Under the pieces are notes generated by a model. It was not told the origin of the DNA, made no database searches, and saw only the letters and a program-made list of their open reading frames with translations. Shown here piece by piece: positions 33,288 through 43,458 of a stretch of DNA of 64,000 nucleotides. The position numbers and the translations under genes are program-made. The stretch lies in the sequence record MN871440.1; one strand, written 5' to 3'. Every line of letters begins with the position of its first letter. Position 1 is the first letter of the stretch.

Positions 33288-34733
33288 ATGAACGTATTTA
33301 AATCCAATCTGTGTGTTTCCACTGACTCTTACAAAATCAGCCATCCTTGGCAGTTCCCAGAAGGTAGCGATGCCGCTAGTTTCTACGCCGAACCGCGAAT
33401 CGATGATCCTGTGATGTTGTCTGGTCTTCACTTTCTTGCGCGTGTCCTGGAGCAGGGTATTACTGTCGCTGACGTAACTCGCGCAAACTTGCTTTACAAA
33501 TCTCACTTCGGCCGCGATATCTTCGCGTATGACATGTGGATGAAAATTGCAACTGAACGTGGTGGTAAACTGCCGGTTAATATGTACGGTGCAAAAGACG
33601 GTCAAGTTATTCCGGGTCGTAATGCAACTATGGTTCTGGAGACTTTCGGTTCTGCTTTCAGCATCGGTGGTCACCTCGAAACTTTCGTGTTGCGCGGTCA
33701 CTGGTATCCCAGCTCTGTTGCAACTCTGAGTTTCAAAATCAAGAAGCTTTGCAAAAAGTATCTGAAAGAAACCTCAGATCTGGAAGGTGCTGATCTTGAC
33801 TTTGTTCTGAAAACTCGCCTGCACGACTTCGGTGCTCGCGGTGCGACTTGCGAACAAGCGGCGAAACTGGGTGGTCTGGCGCATCTGATCAACTTCATGG
33901 GTACTGATACCGTTGAAGCTCTGATTCTTGCACAAGACATCTATAACATGGCTCATGATATCGCTGTTGGTATCAGTATCCCAGCGCGTGAGCATAGCAC
34001 TACCATTTGCTATGGTGATGAAGGTTTGCTGACTCCTGAACAAGAAGACGAAGCATTCTGGAACAGCATTCGCAACTGGGGCGACGGTGTTTATGCGATT
34101 GTTGCTGACTCTATCGACTACAAAGCAGCGGTTGATCGTCTGACCACTGGTGAATTCAAGAAAGAGATTCTGGCTCGCGGCGGTACTTGCGTGATTCGTC
34201 CTGACTCTGGCGACATGTTTGATAATATCGGATATGCTCTGGAGACTATCGCGAAAAACGTTGGTTTCACTGTGAACAGCAAAGGCTATAAAGTTCTGCA
34301 TGGTAGCTATCGTGTGATTCAAGGCGACGGTCTGAGTTCTGATAAGGACATCGAAGCTTGCCTGAAGTTCATCAAAGAACTGGGTTTCAGTGTCGAAAAC
34401 GTTGCTTTCGGTATGGGTGGTGGACTGTTGCAGAAATGCGACCGCGACACCCAGAAGTGGGCTTACAAATGCTCTGCAATTCGCGTAAATGGCAAATGGC
34501 GTGGTGTTCGTAAGAATCCGAAAGACGCTGCATGGAAAGCTTCTAAAGCTGGTCGTATGCGTCTCGTCAAGATTGACGGTCAATATAAGACTGTAAACGT
34601 TCTTGACCCGCGTTTTGCTCAGTATGAGCACAGCAACGAGTTTGTTACTTATCTGATGGACGGGACTTGCTCCCATCAATACACCAAAGAGTTGTTTGAC
34701 GAAGCTCGCGCACGTAGCGACGAACAAGCGTAA
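33288..34733 (+). CDS. nadV: nicotinamide phosphoribosyltransferase
   Basis: TDSYKISH; LHDFGARG; SIPAREHS; IRPDSGD; FGMGGGLLQK. Confidence 0.95.
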   Translation: MNVFKSNLCVSTDSYKISHPWQFPEGSDAASFYAEPRIDDPVMLSGLHFLARVLEQGITVADVTRANLLYKSHFGRDIFAYDMWMKIATERGGKLPVNMYGAKDGQVIPGRNATMVLETFGSAFSIGGHLETFVLRGHWYPSSVATLSFKIKKLCKKYLKETSDLEGADLDFVLKTRLHDFGARGATCEQAAKLGGLAHLINFMGTDTVEALILAQDIYNMAHDIAVGISIPAREHSTTICYGDEGLLTPEQEDEAFWNSIRNWGDGVYAIVADSIDYKAAVDRLTTGEFKKEILARGGTCVIRPDSGDMFDNIGYALETIAKNVGFTVNSKGYKVLHGSYRVIQGDGLSSDKDIEACLKFIKELGFSVENVAFGMGGGLLQKCDRDTQKWAYKCSAIRVNGKWRGVRKNPKDAAWKASKAGRMRLVKIDGQYKTVNVLDPRFAQYEHSNEFVTYLMDGTCSHQYTKELFDEARARSDEQA

Positions 34734-34739
34734 AAATAA

Positions 34740-34823
34740 AAGCCACCTTCGGGTGGCTTTTTTGTTGACATCAAATGTGGACATGATAATATAGCTACAT
34801 CGAAACGAACTGAGTGAATCAAA
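34740..34823 (+). promoter_or_regulatory. terminator plus promoter cassette
   Basis: AGCCACC-TTCG-GGTGGCT; TTGACA 34765; GATAAT; AGCTACATCGAAAC. Confidence 0.82.
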
Positions 34824-35138
34824 ATGATCAACATCAACGAAAAGACTAGCACTGGTGAATCCCGTTATGCTCTCGCTGTTGAGCGTGGTGACATTGTTGC
34901 GTGTATGACTCCAGAAGGTTTGAGTGATGATTTTTGCTGTACTATCATTCTGGAAGGAATTGATTCTCCGGTTCGTTATCGGTTGAAGCACGTTTTTCGT
35001 GGTAAGATTGTTAATGCCGAAGATGATAGCTATTATATGAATGCTTTCTCTGTTGCAACTGCTTTTATGAAAAAGATCAAGGCAAAAGGTTATGTTGATC
35101 TCTATCATTGGAAACAAGAAATTGATTGTTTAAACTAA
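34824..35138 (+). CDS. hypothetical protein
   Basis: ORF after promoter. Confidence 0.75.
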   Translation: MININEKTSTGESRYALAVERGDIVACMTPEGLSDDFCCTIILEGIDSPVRYRLKHVFRGKIVNAEDDSYYMNAFSVATAFMKKIKAKGYVDLYHWKQEIDCLN

Positions 35139-35378
35139 GGAGAAAATTATGTTGACTATCTATATGCTGTTGAGTGTTTTTGTTCTTGGTGTTATCACCT
35201 TGTGGTGGAGCACAAGAGTGTTTCTTGATTGTGTTATCAAGATGTTTTTGTTTTGTCTGACATCAGTTGGTGTCTATCAGATCATCACCAATCCGACAAT
35301 CGAATTTCTTATCAAATAACACTTGCTTGTTGTTGATAGAATCTGATACAATCACTTTATCAAATCGAGGAGCTAATC

Positions 35379-35564
35379 ATGAAATTTTATCCGTTCGTAT
35401 GTGCTGTAGGTATTTCCCGTGTTGATTATACTGTTTCTTATGATACTGCGGAGAAAGCGGAACAAGCGGCAAAGAATATCATGATTGGCAATCATCGCAA
35501 GTGGAAACAGTATGGCTACTATTCAAGTGGTAAAACTGTTGTAACCGGGGAGCGTCTTATTTGA
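35379..35564 (+). CDS. hypothetical protein
   Basis: SD GAGGAG. Confidence 0.7.
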   Translation: MKFYPFVCAVGISRVDYTVSYDTAEKAEQAAKNIMIGNHRKWKQYGYYSSGKTVVTGERLI

Positions 35565-35833
35565 GCGAACTAAAAACCGAGACTAAGCTGACAAGGATCA
35601 ACAACAAGTATCATTGTCGGCTTTATGTCAATGACAAGCTTTATGATGAAATGGCTTGCGAATTCAGAATGGACGTGGGACTCTGTTTCCGTATCATGAT
35701 GCGCTGGCTAGACAAAACGAGCGGTGGTAATGAACACACAAGTGCCGTTAGACGCCGTATGTGGGATAAAGAACGGTATCAACATACCAGTGTTGGTAAA
35801 CTGTGGTATATAGGACTGAAAAATGCAAATTGA
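35561..35833 (+). CDS. hypothetical protein
   Basis: TTGA coupling. Confidence 0.7.
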   Translation: MSELKTETKLTRINNKYHCRLYVNDKLYDEMACEFRMDVGLCFRIMMRWLDKTSGGNEHTSAVRRRMWDKERYQHTSVGKLWYIGLKNAN

Positions 35834-36110
35834 TATTTTGGAAATATACAAGCGGTTGCAAGAGCGACAATTGTCGGCTGATTATCAGTTGAACTGCATT
35901 CGAGCAATCGAGCTTGAGAAGCAAGCACAAACCGAAAACGGTAAGTTGTCTCGCGATGGTGTCAAGATTTTGAATCGTCTTGATGATCTGTATATGCATC
36001 GGATGAACGTGATTGTTCCAGAACTGGCACAAGCCAAACGTGATTTCTATAACGCCGCTTGTGCTGAAATGGAAATGCGAATCTTAAAAGGGAGATCAAA
36101 TGAATCCTGA
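35823..36110 (+). CDS. hypothetical protein
   Basis: Overlap-coupled ORF. Confidence 0.7.
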   Translation: MQIDILEIYKRLQERQLSADYQLNCIRAIELEKQAQTENGKLSRDGVKILNRLDDLYMHRMNVIVPELAQAKRDFYNAACAEMEMRILKGRSNES

Positions 36111-36471
36111 TTTTGCAAGTAAATTCGGAGTAATATCTCGCGAACTTGCGTTCGAACTCCGACATATGAATCGACTTCGTATGAATCTGGCTGAGTTTTC
36201 TAAGTTCGATGAACAATACCAGAAAGTGGTAGAACGTTTCAACGAACTGAAAGCACTACTTCAAACTATTCCGTCTGAAATGCTTAATACGCAATCCATG
36301 CGTACCTATCTGACCGGTATCGGTGGCTATCTCGGTAAGTATATCAGAGATAGTAAGAACAATCGAGAATTCTATCGAGATATGGATAACATCTCAGATC
36401 CATATGAAAAGAGCATCAAGATATATCGAGAAATGGTATATAGTGCCGGTCGAAATGGAAAAGATTACTAA
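36100..36471 (+). CDS. hypothetical protein
   Basis: SD GGGAG. Confidence 0.75.
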   Translation: MNPDFASKFGVISRELAFELRHMNRLRMNLAEFSKFDEQYQKVVERFNELKALLQTIPSEMLNTQSMRTYLTGIGGYLGKYIRDSKNNREFYRDMDNISDPYEKSIKIYREMVYSAGRNGKDY

Positions 36472-36564
36472 TTTTCGAAAAAAGTAGTTGACCGTCGGCG
36501 TGGCTATGATAATATAGTCACATCAAGACGAAACAGTCTCAACGAAAACTCTGAGGATTACATC

Positions 36565-36987
36565 ATGCTGCACTTCAATATGAACACCAAAGAAATCTAC
36601 ACCAACGCTACCGACGCAATGAAAGCTCGCGAAGCTGATCGTACTCACTACATCGTTTCTCGCTGGGACTTCAAATCACTGGAGAATGCTCAAGCTATCG
36701 TTGATGAATTCGAAGGTAAAAACCTGCTGGCAATCGACAAAGGCGAATGGGTAAGCCCGCGCTTTGATGTAATCGAAATGCCGAAAGTTGGTGATGAAGT
36801 GAGCATGACTTTCAATGGTGATTACTACCCGTGTGGTACCATCGTGAAAATCTCCGAGAGTCTGAAAACTATCAAGACCTCTAACGGTCGTGTGTTCTGG
36901 CGCAAAAAGCTGACTGGTCAGTGGCTGTACTCCAAGACCTTTGCTCTTGTTTCCGGTACTCATAGCAAAATGAACCCAGAGTTCTAA
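36565..36987 (+). CDS. hypothetical protein (common phage family)
   Basis: PKVGDEVSMTFNGDYYPCGTI. Confidence 0.8.
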   Translation: MLHFNMNTKEIYTNATDAMKAREADRTHYIVSRWDFKSLENAQAIVDEFEGKNLLAIDKGEWVSPRFDVIEMPKVGDEVSMTFNGDYYPCGTIVKISESLKTIKTSNGRVFWRKKLTGQWLYSKTFALVSGTHSKMNPEF

Positions 36988-37052
36988 AATAGCTTGTAGT
37001 CCAAAACAGTGCGATCTATAATGGTCGCACTTAATCAACTGAGGAATAAATC

Positions 37053-37505
37053 ATGACTCTATCTAAACTTTATGCACTGGTAGCAACTGCATTTGCCGAT
37101 GTCAATGACAAAGGTGGTCACCCGTATTTCGAACACTGTCTAGCAGTTTTGAAGGGACTTCCTGAGTGTGCTGATGAAGCTACCAAACAAGCTGCATTGG
37201 CTCACGATATCATCGAAGACATCGAAAACGGTCGAGATCTGTTGATCTCTAACGGCATGAGTCTTGACGCGATTCAACTCGTTGAAAACGTGAGCAAGCG
37301 TCCGGGCGAAAGTAAAGAAGATTACAAAGCTCGGGTTAAACTGGACATTCGTTCTGTTTATATCAAAATGAGCGATCTTCGGACTAATAGCGATATTCGA
37401 CGTTTGAAGGGCATTGGTCCGAAGGACATCATTCGAACAATCGAGTATCAAGCATTCTATCAAGAGCTGAAAGAATACGCTATCAACTATCATAATGGTA
37501 ATTAA
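37053..37505 (+). CDS. HD-domain hydrolase (RelA/SpoT HD-like)
   Basis: PYFEH; AALAHDIIED; IKMSDLRTN. Confidence 0.88.
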   Translation: MTLSKLYALVATAFADVNDKGGHPYFEHCLAVLKGLPECADEATKQAALAHDIIEDIENGRDLLISNGMSLDAIQLVENVSKRPGESKEDYKARVKLDIRSVYIKMSDLRTNSDIRRLKGIGPKDIIRTIEYQAFYQELKEYAINYHNGN

Positions 37506-37727
37506 ATGACAATCGCAATTGGGTGGCTTGTATTTCTGATCGTAACTTTGGTGTTGGCTAACTCTCGCGGTCGATCTGTGCTGGGTTGGTTTATCATCAC
37601 TGTGTTTCTGACCCCGCTTTTCTCTATCATTCTGCTGTTGATTCTTCCGAATCTGCGCAAAGAGAAAGAAGAACAAAGACGACACGATCTAATGATGGCT
37701 GCTATGTTAGCATCAAAGAAAGACTAA
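37506..37727 (+). CDS. small membrane protein
   Basis: Two TM segments; A.SRGRS..GW. Confidence 0.75.
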   Translation: MTIAIGWLVFLIVTLVLANSRGRSVLGWFIITVFLTPLFSIILLLILPNLRKEKEEQRRHDLMMAAMLASKKD

Positions 37728-37748
37728 ACCCGCTTCGGCGGGTTTTTT
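37727..37748 (+). terminator. intrinsic terminator
   Basis: AACCCGC-TTCG-GCGGGTT-TTTT. Confidence 0.88.
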
Positions 37749-37955
37749 AATGTCTCGAAAAATAATTGGTTAAAAAATCACCTAAAGTCCTTGTGTACCT
37801 AATTGGTTCTGTTAATATAGCTACATCGAAACGAGGAATCATTATGTCAGATCAACTATTCGGTAAGATTGTTGTTGTAATCCTTTTAGGATTGGCACTC
37901 GCATATGCCGAAGCACTGTCTAGTTTACTGAATCAACTCAACTGAGTAAAATATT

Positions 37956-38147
37956 ATGAATCTGCAAATCGTGAATGACCAAGTTATGATGTCACTGCCT
38001 AATGGTGAGATCTCTGTTACTACCGCATCGGTCGAGCAAGTAATGCAAATGGCTGATTACGTTCGAGTTAAGTGGTATCAGTTCTGGCGTAAGCGTCAAA
38101 CCGTGATCGTTATCCACAAAAGCGAAATCGTTAAATTTAAAATCTGA
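37956..38147 (+). CDS. hypothetical protein
   Basis: Co-oriented ORF. Confidence 0.65.
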   Translation: MNLQIVNDQVMMSLPNGEISVTTASVEQVMQMADYVRVKWYQFWRKRQTVIVIHKSEIVKFKI

Positions 38148-38155
38148 GGCAAATC

Positions 38156-38497
38156 ATGGCAACTTATAGCGTAACAACTGAGGGCGATTGTGAAGGTCGC
38201 TCAATTCGTCACCTTGGTGTTTACTCTGGTGAGATCAAAAAGATTGTAAGTCTTCTGCTGTTGCAGGGAAAGAACCCATACTATGGCTACAATTTTCAGC
38301 CAGTTGAGGTTCTGAATGCAAATCATCTGAATGAAGCAAACGGTGTGAAAGTCACAAAATCTTTCGGTGATTCTTTTCGTGTTGTTGTTGATGAAAAGCA
38401 GAATCGAGATCACAATCTGTTGGAAGAAGCGAAGAAACAACTTCGCGGTCTGAGTGCCGATCATCTTCGAGTATTAAAGGATCACTTGAATGCTTGA
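38156..38497 (+). CDS. hypothetical protein
   Basis: SD GAGG. Confidence 0.75.
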   Translation: MATYSVTTEGDCEGRSIRHLGVYSGEIKKIVSLLLLQGKNPYYGYNFQPVEVLNANHLNEANGVKVTKSFGDSFRVVVDEKQNRDHNLLEEAKKQLRGLSADHLRVLKDHLNA

Positions 38498-38657
38498 TTC
38501 AATTATTAGTGTGTTTTCGTGGATTATCGAAAACTGGGTTTATATTGCCAGTGTCGCACTTGGTTTCTGTGTGGTTGTTATCGTGCTGCTTATTGCCGCA
38601 GTTGGTACAATCGCTGATATTGGTTCATCCGTAATTAAAAACGTAAGAGGTTAATAT

Positions 38658-39008
38658 ATGAAAAAGAAACTGAGTGTACGTGCTGCCGTTCTGATGTATG
38701 CTATTCCGGCTATCAAAAGTGTTCCGTTTGTGAAATTCAGTAACAATGATATCGTTGATTATCTGCGCGAAAACTCAGATTTCAACAAACATCTGGACAT
38801 GTATAATCGAAAAGACGACAAGATCAACGAGTTTGTTAAAACTCGCTGGGTTGAGACTTGGGAGCGCGACGTTCGCAATGCATTCAAACAGTCCGAAGAA
38901 AACATCGAGCATATGCGCAAGACTCATGGTATCGTGTTTGATCAATACATGCACAACGGTAAAAAAGTTCGATTCTGGCATTTTGATCCAAAAGCTTTGA
39001 AAAAGTGA
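38658..39008 (+). CDS. hypothetical protein
   Basis: SD GAGG. Confidence 0.75.
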   Translation: MKKKLSVRAAVLMYAIPAIKSVPFVKFSNNDIVDYLRENSDFNKHLDMYNRKDDKINEFVKTRWVETWERDVRNAFKQSEENIEHMRKTHGIVFDQYMHNGKKVRFWHFDPKALKK

Positions 39009-39065
39009 TTGACGCCATGGTTCATTAGCGTATAATGAACCATATCAAGACAAGAGGAATACACC
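39009..39065 (+). promoter_or_regulatory. early promoter, -10 inside inverted repeat
   Basis: TTGACG-N16-TATAAT; ATGGTTCATT/AATGAACCAT. Confidence 0.8.
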
Positions 39066-39329
39066 ATGTTTAATCCGAATAACGTTCGCAATGCTCTGTT
39101 TGTTTCTAACAACGCTGGTGCTAAAGCCGCTGTGATTGACTGGACTGGGTGTGGTCGCACTCACGCGCATCAAGAAGTTGTTATGTTTCTGAAAGAAAAC
39201 GGCTACACAATCGAGCAAGTTGATAATCATCTTGGTTATTTGACCGCTCGCAAAGATGGCGTGATGTCTTTCTTTGACTATGACGCAAACCCGAAAGACC
39301 GTGAGATCGTTATTCTGGAGGACATGTAA
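39066..39329 (+). CDS. hypothetical protein
   Basis: SD GAGG. Confidence 0.75.
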   Translation: MFNPNNVRNALFVSNNAGAKAAVIDWTGCGRTHAHQEVVMFLKENGYTIEQVDNHLGYLTARKDGVMSFFDYDANPKDREIVILEDM

Positions 39330-39517
39330 TGACTATTCGTTTGGCAAAAGATAATACCAAGATCAACGCTATTTCAGAACGTGAGCGTATCCTTCGTCGC
39401 ACGTTCAAGATGTATATCCGCAAGGGTAAGTACGAACAAAGCGAGTTCCACGACTTCTGTAAATTCGCTAAGGGCAAGTCCGAATACAAACTTCTGTCCG
39501 AACTGGGGATTATGTGA
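39329..39517 (+). CDS. hypothetical protein
   Basis: TAATG coupling. Confidence 0.7.
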   Translation: MTIRLAKDNTKINAISERERILRRTFKMYIRKGKYEQSEFHDFCKFAKGKSEYKLLSELGIM

Positions 39518-40077
39518 TGCGCCTTAAATCTGAAATGGATGCCAAACTGTTTAAAAAGTCTACCGGACGCAAACCGATTCAAGACGATTTGGAGCGCGTG
39601 AACTGTAAACAAGCAGGTAAGATGGGTCACAGTCATTGTGGCTGGAACCATCGAACAAATCGTCCGATGTATGAAGACAGTCATGAAAATCTGTTTGTTG
39701 ATCTGCAACGTCATTGTGGCGCATTCGACTATCATGGCAAGTGGAAATACAATTTCAACACAATGTTCCCTCTTGGTGCGGTCATGCATAGCATCGAGGA
39801 AGTGCGAAAATATGCCGCAGTTGCAAAGCGTGAAAGCTTTGATTTCTATGCCTACAGCTTGACCAAAGCGCGTGGTATCGAAGGCGAGTTTGTTGTTGCT
39901 ACTGCCGAGTTTACAATCGTTGCTGACGGCGATTGGGAAGCAAAAGAAAAGTTCGATAAAATCGTTGAAATATTGGTGAAAGCTGATAAACTAGATCTGT
40001 ATTCAAAGCTCTGTATCGAAAAAGACCTGGTAGTGCAACTTAGTCAAGAAGCACTACAAACATTCAAATTTATCTGA
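39514..40077 (+). CDS. hypothetical protein
   Basis: Coupled ORF; contains DDLERVNC..AG..GH..CGW. Confidence 0.75.
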   Translation: MMRLKSEMDAKLFKKSTGRKPIQDDLERVNCKQAGKMGHSHCGWNHRTNRPMYEDSHENLFVDLQRHCGAFDYHGKWKYNFNTMFPLGAVMHSIEEVRKYAAVAKRESFDFYAYSLTKARGIEGEFVVATAEFTIVADGDWEAKEKFDKIVEILVKADKLDLYSKLCIEKDLVVQLSQEALQTFKFI

Positions 40078-40085
40078 GGTGAAAA

Positions 40086-40508
40086 ATGGCTGTAAAAACT
40101 TCTTATCGTGGTATGGTTCGTGTAAACAACGTAAAATCTAAGCATCACGGCGCTGTTGCTAAGATGGAAGATTATACTTGGCGTGATGGTGTTTGTTCTG
40201 GTGTTCTGCGCATTGACGGCAAACGTGTTTATCTGAGTATCAAGTCTCTGGATGAGATCAACGATACCGAAGCCAAGAAGATCATGAGTGATATTGGTGT
40301 TGGTGTCAAACAAGGCAAACTGACCTCTATCGTTCAAATTACTAATGCAGACGGTCAAAGCGTGTTTATGAGTCCTATGACTGATAAACACGCGATGGAA
40401 GTTGCTCGTGAACACAAGATCAAGAACACGACCGACACCGTTTCTATCTGGAAACTGAGTGGTCATATTGCCAATCCGCGAATCATCGCCGATTTCGTTA
40501 CTGCGTAA
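40086..40508 (+). CDS. hypothetical protein
   Basis: SD GAGGTG. Confidence 0.8.
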   Translation: MAVKTSYRGMVRVNNVKSKHHGAVAKMEDYTWRDGVCSGVLRIDGKRVYLSIKSLDEINDTEAKKIMSDIGVGVKQGKLTSIVQITNADGQSVFMSPMTDKHAMEVAREHKIKNTTDTVSIWKLSGHIANPRIIADFVTA

Positions 40509-40584
40509 TTTGCTAATGAGCACTTTAATTAGTGCTCATTGTCGAAAAAACTTATACACATCAAAACAAAGAGAGATATAAATC

Positions 40585-41058
40585 ATGGCTCAGAACGTAC
40601 AAAATCTTCAATCTGGTGATGTTGCTGTTTTCGTTGATGGCAAGAACAAAAATGTATTTGGTGTTCTTTCTTTAGTTGCTCCGTTCCGTACTACCTTCGG
40701 TGGTCGTATTGATGTAGACAACATCTGGACGCAAGTTGATGGCATTTATTATCGAGTTCGTTCTCTTATCGGTGCGTCGAATCTGGACTTTGGTATTACA
40801 AACGCGGTTCGCGTTGAGTGTGAAACTGACGTACTGGATAATCTGAATGGCAAAATCGATGAATCTCGCTATGAGATTATTAAAGAGTCTGCTACCGCAA
40901 AATATCCGTTTGAAAATCCAGAGCTTTATATCCGATTGAACGGTGAGATTGTTGGTATTGAGAAAGAAGATCTGATTGAAATCATGAAAGATTTCGAAAT
41001 GACCGAGATCGAAGTTTATCGTCGTTCTTCTATTAGCATTAAAGATCTGGAAGGTTAA
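40585..41058 (+). CDS. hypothetical protein
   Basis: Co-oriented ORF. Confidence 0.8.
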   Translation: MAQNVQNLQSGDVAVFVDGKNKNVFGVLSLVAPFRTTFGGRIDVDNIWTQVDGIYYRVRSLIGASNLDFGITNAVRVECETDVLDNLNGKIDESRYEIIKESATAKYPFENPELYIRLNGEIVGIEKEDLIEIMKDFEMTEIEVYRRSSISIKDLEG

Positions 41059-41059
41059 G

Positions 41060-41521
41060 ATGCAAGGTCGTAGACTTAGACGAGTTCGTCCGTCGAAGGT
41101 TCTAAAACTCAATCAACAACTTCAAGAGATTAACGATTGCATTGCTGAAAGCAATCGTATTTTGAATGGTGTTGAACGAACTGTATTGCCGGGCGACTGG
41201 AAGAATGGACGAATTCAAGATCACTTTTGTTATAACACTTGGCGAACTGTTGGTTGTCTGAATCTGTCAGACCACTTTTTAGTTCGCTATATGGAACGAG
41301 TTCGAGATTATAAGTTTGACGAAGAACAAATAAAACTGGAATATGGCTTGTATCCTGTTGTTGACTCTGATATGATGAAAATCAGATGGGGTAATAGACA
41401 CGGAATGTTCACGGAAAAGCTACAAAACGAAATTCGTGAGTATGTTAAAAATCCACCTAATGATGTTCGCATTATTCGACGCGAAGACCGTGTTATTACA
41501 TTACTTACATTTGAGGAATAA
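41060..41521 (+). CDS. hypothetical protein
   Basis: LSDHFLVRYMER motif. Confidence 0.75.
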   Translation: MQGRRLRRVRPSKVLKLNQQLQEINDCIAESNRILNGVERTVLPGDWKNGRIQDHFCYNTWRTVGCLNLSDHFLVRYMERVRDYKFDEEQIKLEYGLYPVVDSDMMKIRWGNRHGMFTEKLQNEIREYVKNPPNDVRIIRREDRVITLLTFEE

Positions 41522-41523
41522 TC

Positions 41524-41838
41524 ATGAAGTATTATTTTCAGGAAAAGCAATACGATATTAGCGATAGTACCTATGATGGTCCGGTTCCTCGTGGTGCTTA
41601 TGCTGTTGCATTCGCTACCAAAAAAGAACGAGTTAGTCGTGTGTGGGGAGTATCTGAATACAAATATTCAGATCACTGGGTAGTTCTGAGAAGTGTTTAT
41701 TCTCACGAAACATCAAACTTTGATAACATTTACATGTGGCAAATCGTGCAAGTATTTGGTGAAACTGAACTCGAAATCGCAAAAAATTTCAAAAACACCT
41801 TGACCTCAGTCGCTAAAGAGATTACTATAGCTTCATAA
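41524..41838 (+). CDS. hypothetical protein
   Basis: SD GAGG. Confidence 0.75.
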   Translation: MKYYFQEKQYDISDSTYDGPVPRGAYAVAFATKKERVSRVWGVSEYKYSDHWVVLRSVYSHETSNFDNIYMWQIVQVFGETELEIAKNFKNTLTSVAKEITIAS

Positions 41839-41861
41839 CGAAACAACAAAGAGACTTAATC

Positions 41862-42401
41862 ATGAATTTCAAGAAATCTGTATTTGCAATGCTGTTCGGC
41901 TTTTCCTGTGTAGCGAATGCCGCTACCGTCGAAAACTTTGTTCAACTGACTATGGACGAAGTTCAAGCACAACTGGCAGCAAAACGAAGTGCTAACGTGT
42001 GTACCATCGACTTTACAGGCGAAGTTGGTCCCGAACAACTCGGTATCGGTGTGAATCTGAAATCCAATACCGTTGTTGTTATCGGCTACATGCTGGAAGG
42101 TAATCAAGCTCTTTCTCCGATGTTTGGCGCAATGAGCAAAGCAAATGCAACTGAGTTTGCCCGTCAAATCAAACTGGTTGCAAACTCCGATGTTAAAGAA
42201 TTGGTTGATGACGAATTCTTCCAGTATGAATACGTTTCTTCCAATGAGGTAAAGGTTGACGTCGATAAGTATGCAACCGGCGAAGTTTATCTCGGTGTTC
42301 AAGATGATTCTTCCCTCGTTGGTGGTTATGCTGTTGATATCAACGGATCGGCAGACATGATTTCCGGTTGTGTTGAATCCGCTACTTCTTATCTGAAATA
42401 A
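41862..42401 (+). CDS. exported protein
   Basis: Signal peptide ending ANA. Confidence 0.8.
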   Translation: MNFKKSVFAMLFGFSCVANAATVENFVQLTMDEVQAQLAAKRSANVCTIDFTGEVGPEQLGIGVNLKSNTVVVIGYMLEGNQALSPMFGAMSKANATEFARQIKLVANSDVKELVDDEFFQYEYVSSNEVKVDVDKYATGEVYLGVQDDSSLVGGYAVDINGSADMISGCVESATSYLK

Positions 42402-42415
42402 CAAATTGGAGACGG

Positions 42416-42516
42416 GACCCACTAACGGTAGCTCTTTTCTTACACTAACTTTTAACTTAACTTAATTGTTTGTGCTAGGTGAATGGGGGCATTCTTAGAG
42501 CTATCGTTAGTGGGTC
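42416..42516. other. 20-bp intergenic inverted repeat
   Basis: GACCCACTAACGGTAGCTCT / AGAGCTATCGTTAGTGGGTC. Confidence 0.8.
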
Positions 42517-42527
42517 GCGAAAATAAA

Positions 42528-42857
42528 ATGAAAATGAAAAATCTGTTTCTTGTTGCTACTCTGTTTTCTTTCGGCGCTACCGCTGCCACTACCGAGTGCG
42601 AAACTTTCACCAAAGAAGGTGGTTATGATCGCTCTCTGATGTCTTTCGCTCACATTGGACAAAAAACCGGTGTTGTGTTCACTAGCTACACTGCCGACCC
42701 GTTTAATCCAACCGACCCGTCTCATTTCTTTTTTGAAATGAGCAAACAGGAACTGGTTGACAACATCAACAATCCTGTGTTAAAAAATGATCGCGTTGAA
42801 ATCAATCTCACGCCGTCCGATTTCCGTATTTTTGTTAACTGTGTAGGTGCCAAATGA
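42528..42857 (+). CDS. exported protein
   Basis: Signal peptide ending ATA. Confidence 0.75.
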   Translation: MKMKNLFLVATLFSFGATAATTECETFTKEGGYDRSLMSFAHIGQKTGVVFTSYTADPFNPTDPSHFFFEMSKQELVDNINNPVLKNDRVEINLTPSDFRIFVNCVGAK

Positions 42858-43396
42858 AACGTCTTATTCTGATTGCTGGTTTACTGCTTGGTGGTTGTGC
42901 TTCTATCCCGTCCGATGAATACGACCTCGGTGCGCGTCATAGTCAGATCAACTTTCTGAACAACATGGAAGAACAAGCCAAACAGCTTACAATCAATCTG
43001 GAAGAACGCGAAGCGCGTAACGCTATCGAAGCAGAGCAGAAAGAATGGTCTCGCCAGAACGACGCCAAGATCGATCAACGAATCGCAGAAGATGAAGCCA
43101 AGAACTTCTCTTTCAATCTGGGTCGTGGACTTGGTATCACCAGTAAGTGTGCTCAAGCTCGGATGTCAAATTCCAGCTACTACAATCACTTTAAGACCAA
43201 AGTTCTGAAAGATGCGAAATCTAATCCGAACTATGATGCCGCTAAGGTTCAAGCCGGTTTCGAACAAGGCGTTGTGATTGGTTCTCAGTTGATGCACACC
43301 AACCCATACATGATGCTTCGAGGCTGTACTCAGATGAATGCGGCGGTTGAAAGCGATGTAAGCGTGAATCATACAAAAGTTTCCGATTTTCAATAA
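42854..43396 (+). CDS. lipoprotein
   Basis: Lipobox LGGC. Confidence 0.8.
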   Translation: MKRLILIAGLLLGGCASIPSDEYDLGARHSQINFLNNMEEQAKQLTINLEEREARNAIEAEQKEWSRQNDAKIDQRIAEDEAKNFSFNLGRGLGITSKCAQARMSNSSYYNHFKTKVLKDAKSNPNYDAAKVQAGFEQGVVIGSQLMHTNPYMMLRGCTQMNAAVESDVSVNHTKVSDFQ

Positions 43397-43458
43397 AAAT
43401 GATTGACCACGGTGTATGTATCGAGTATGATATCTTCATCGTAACAAAGGAGAGATAA

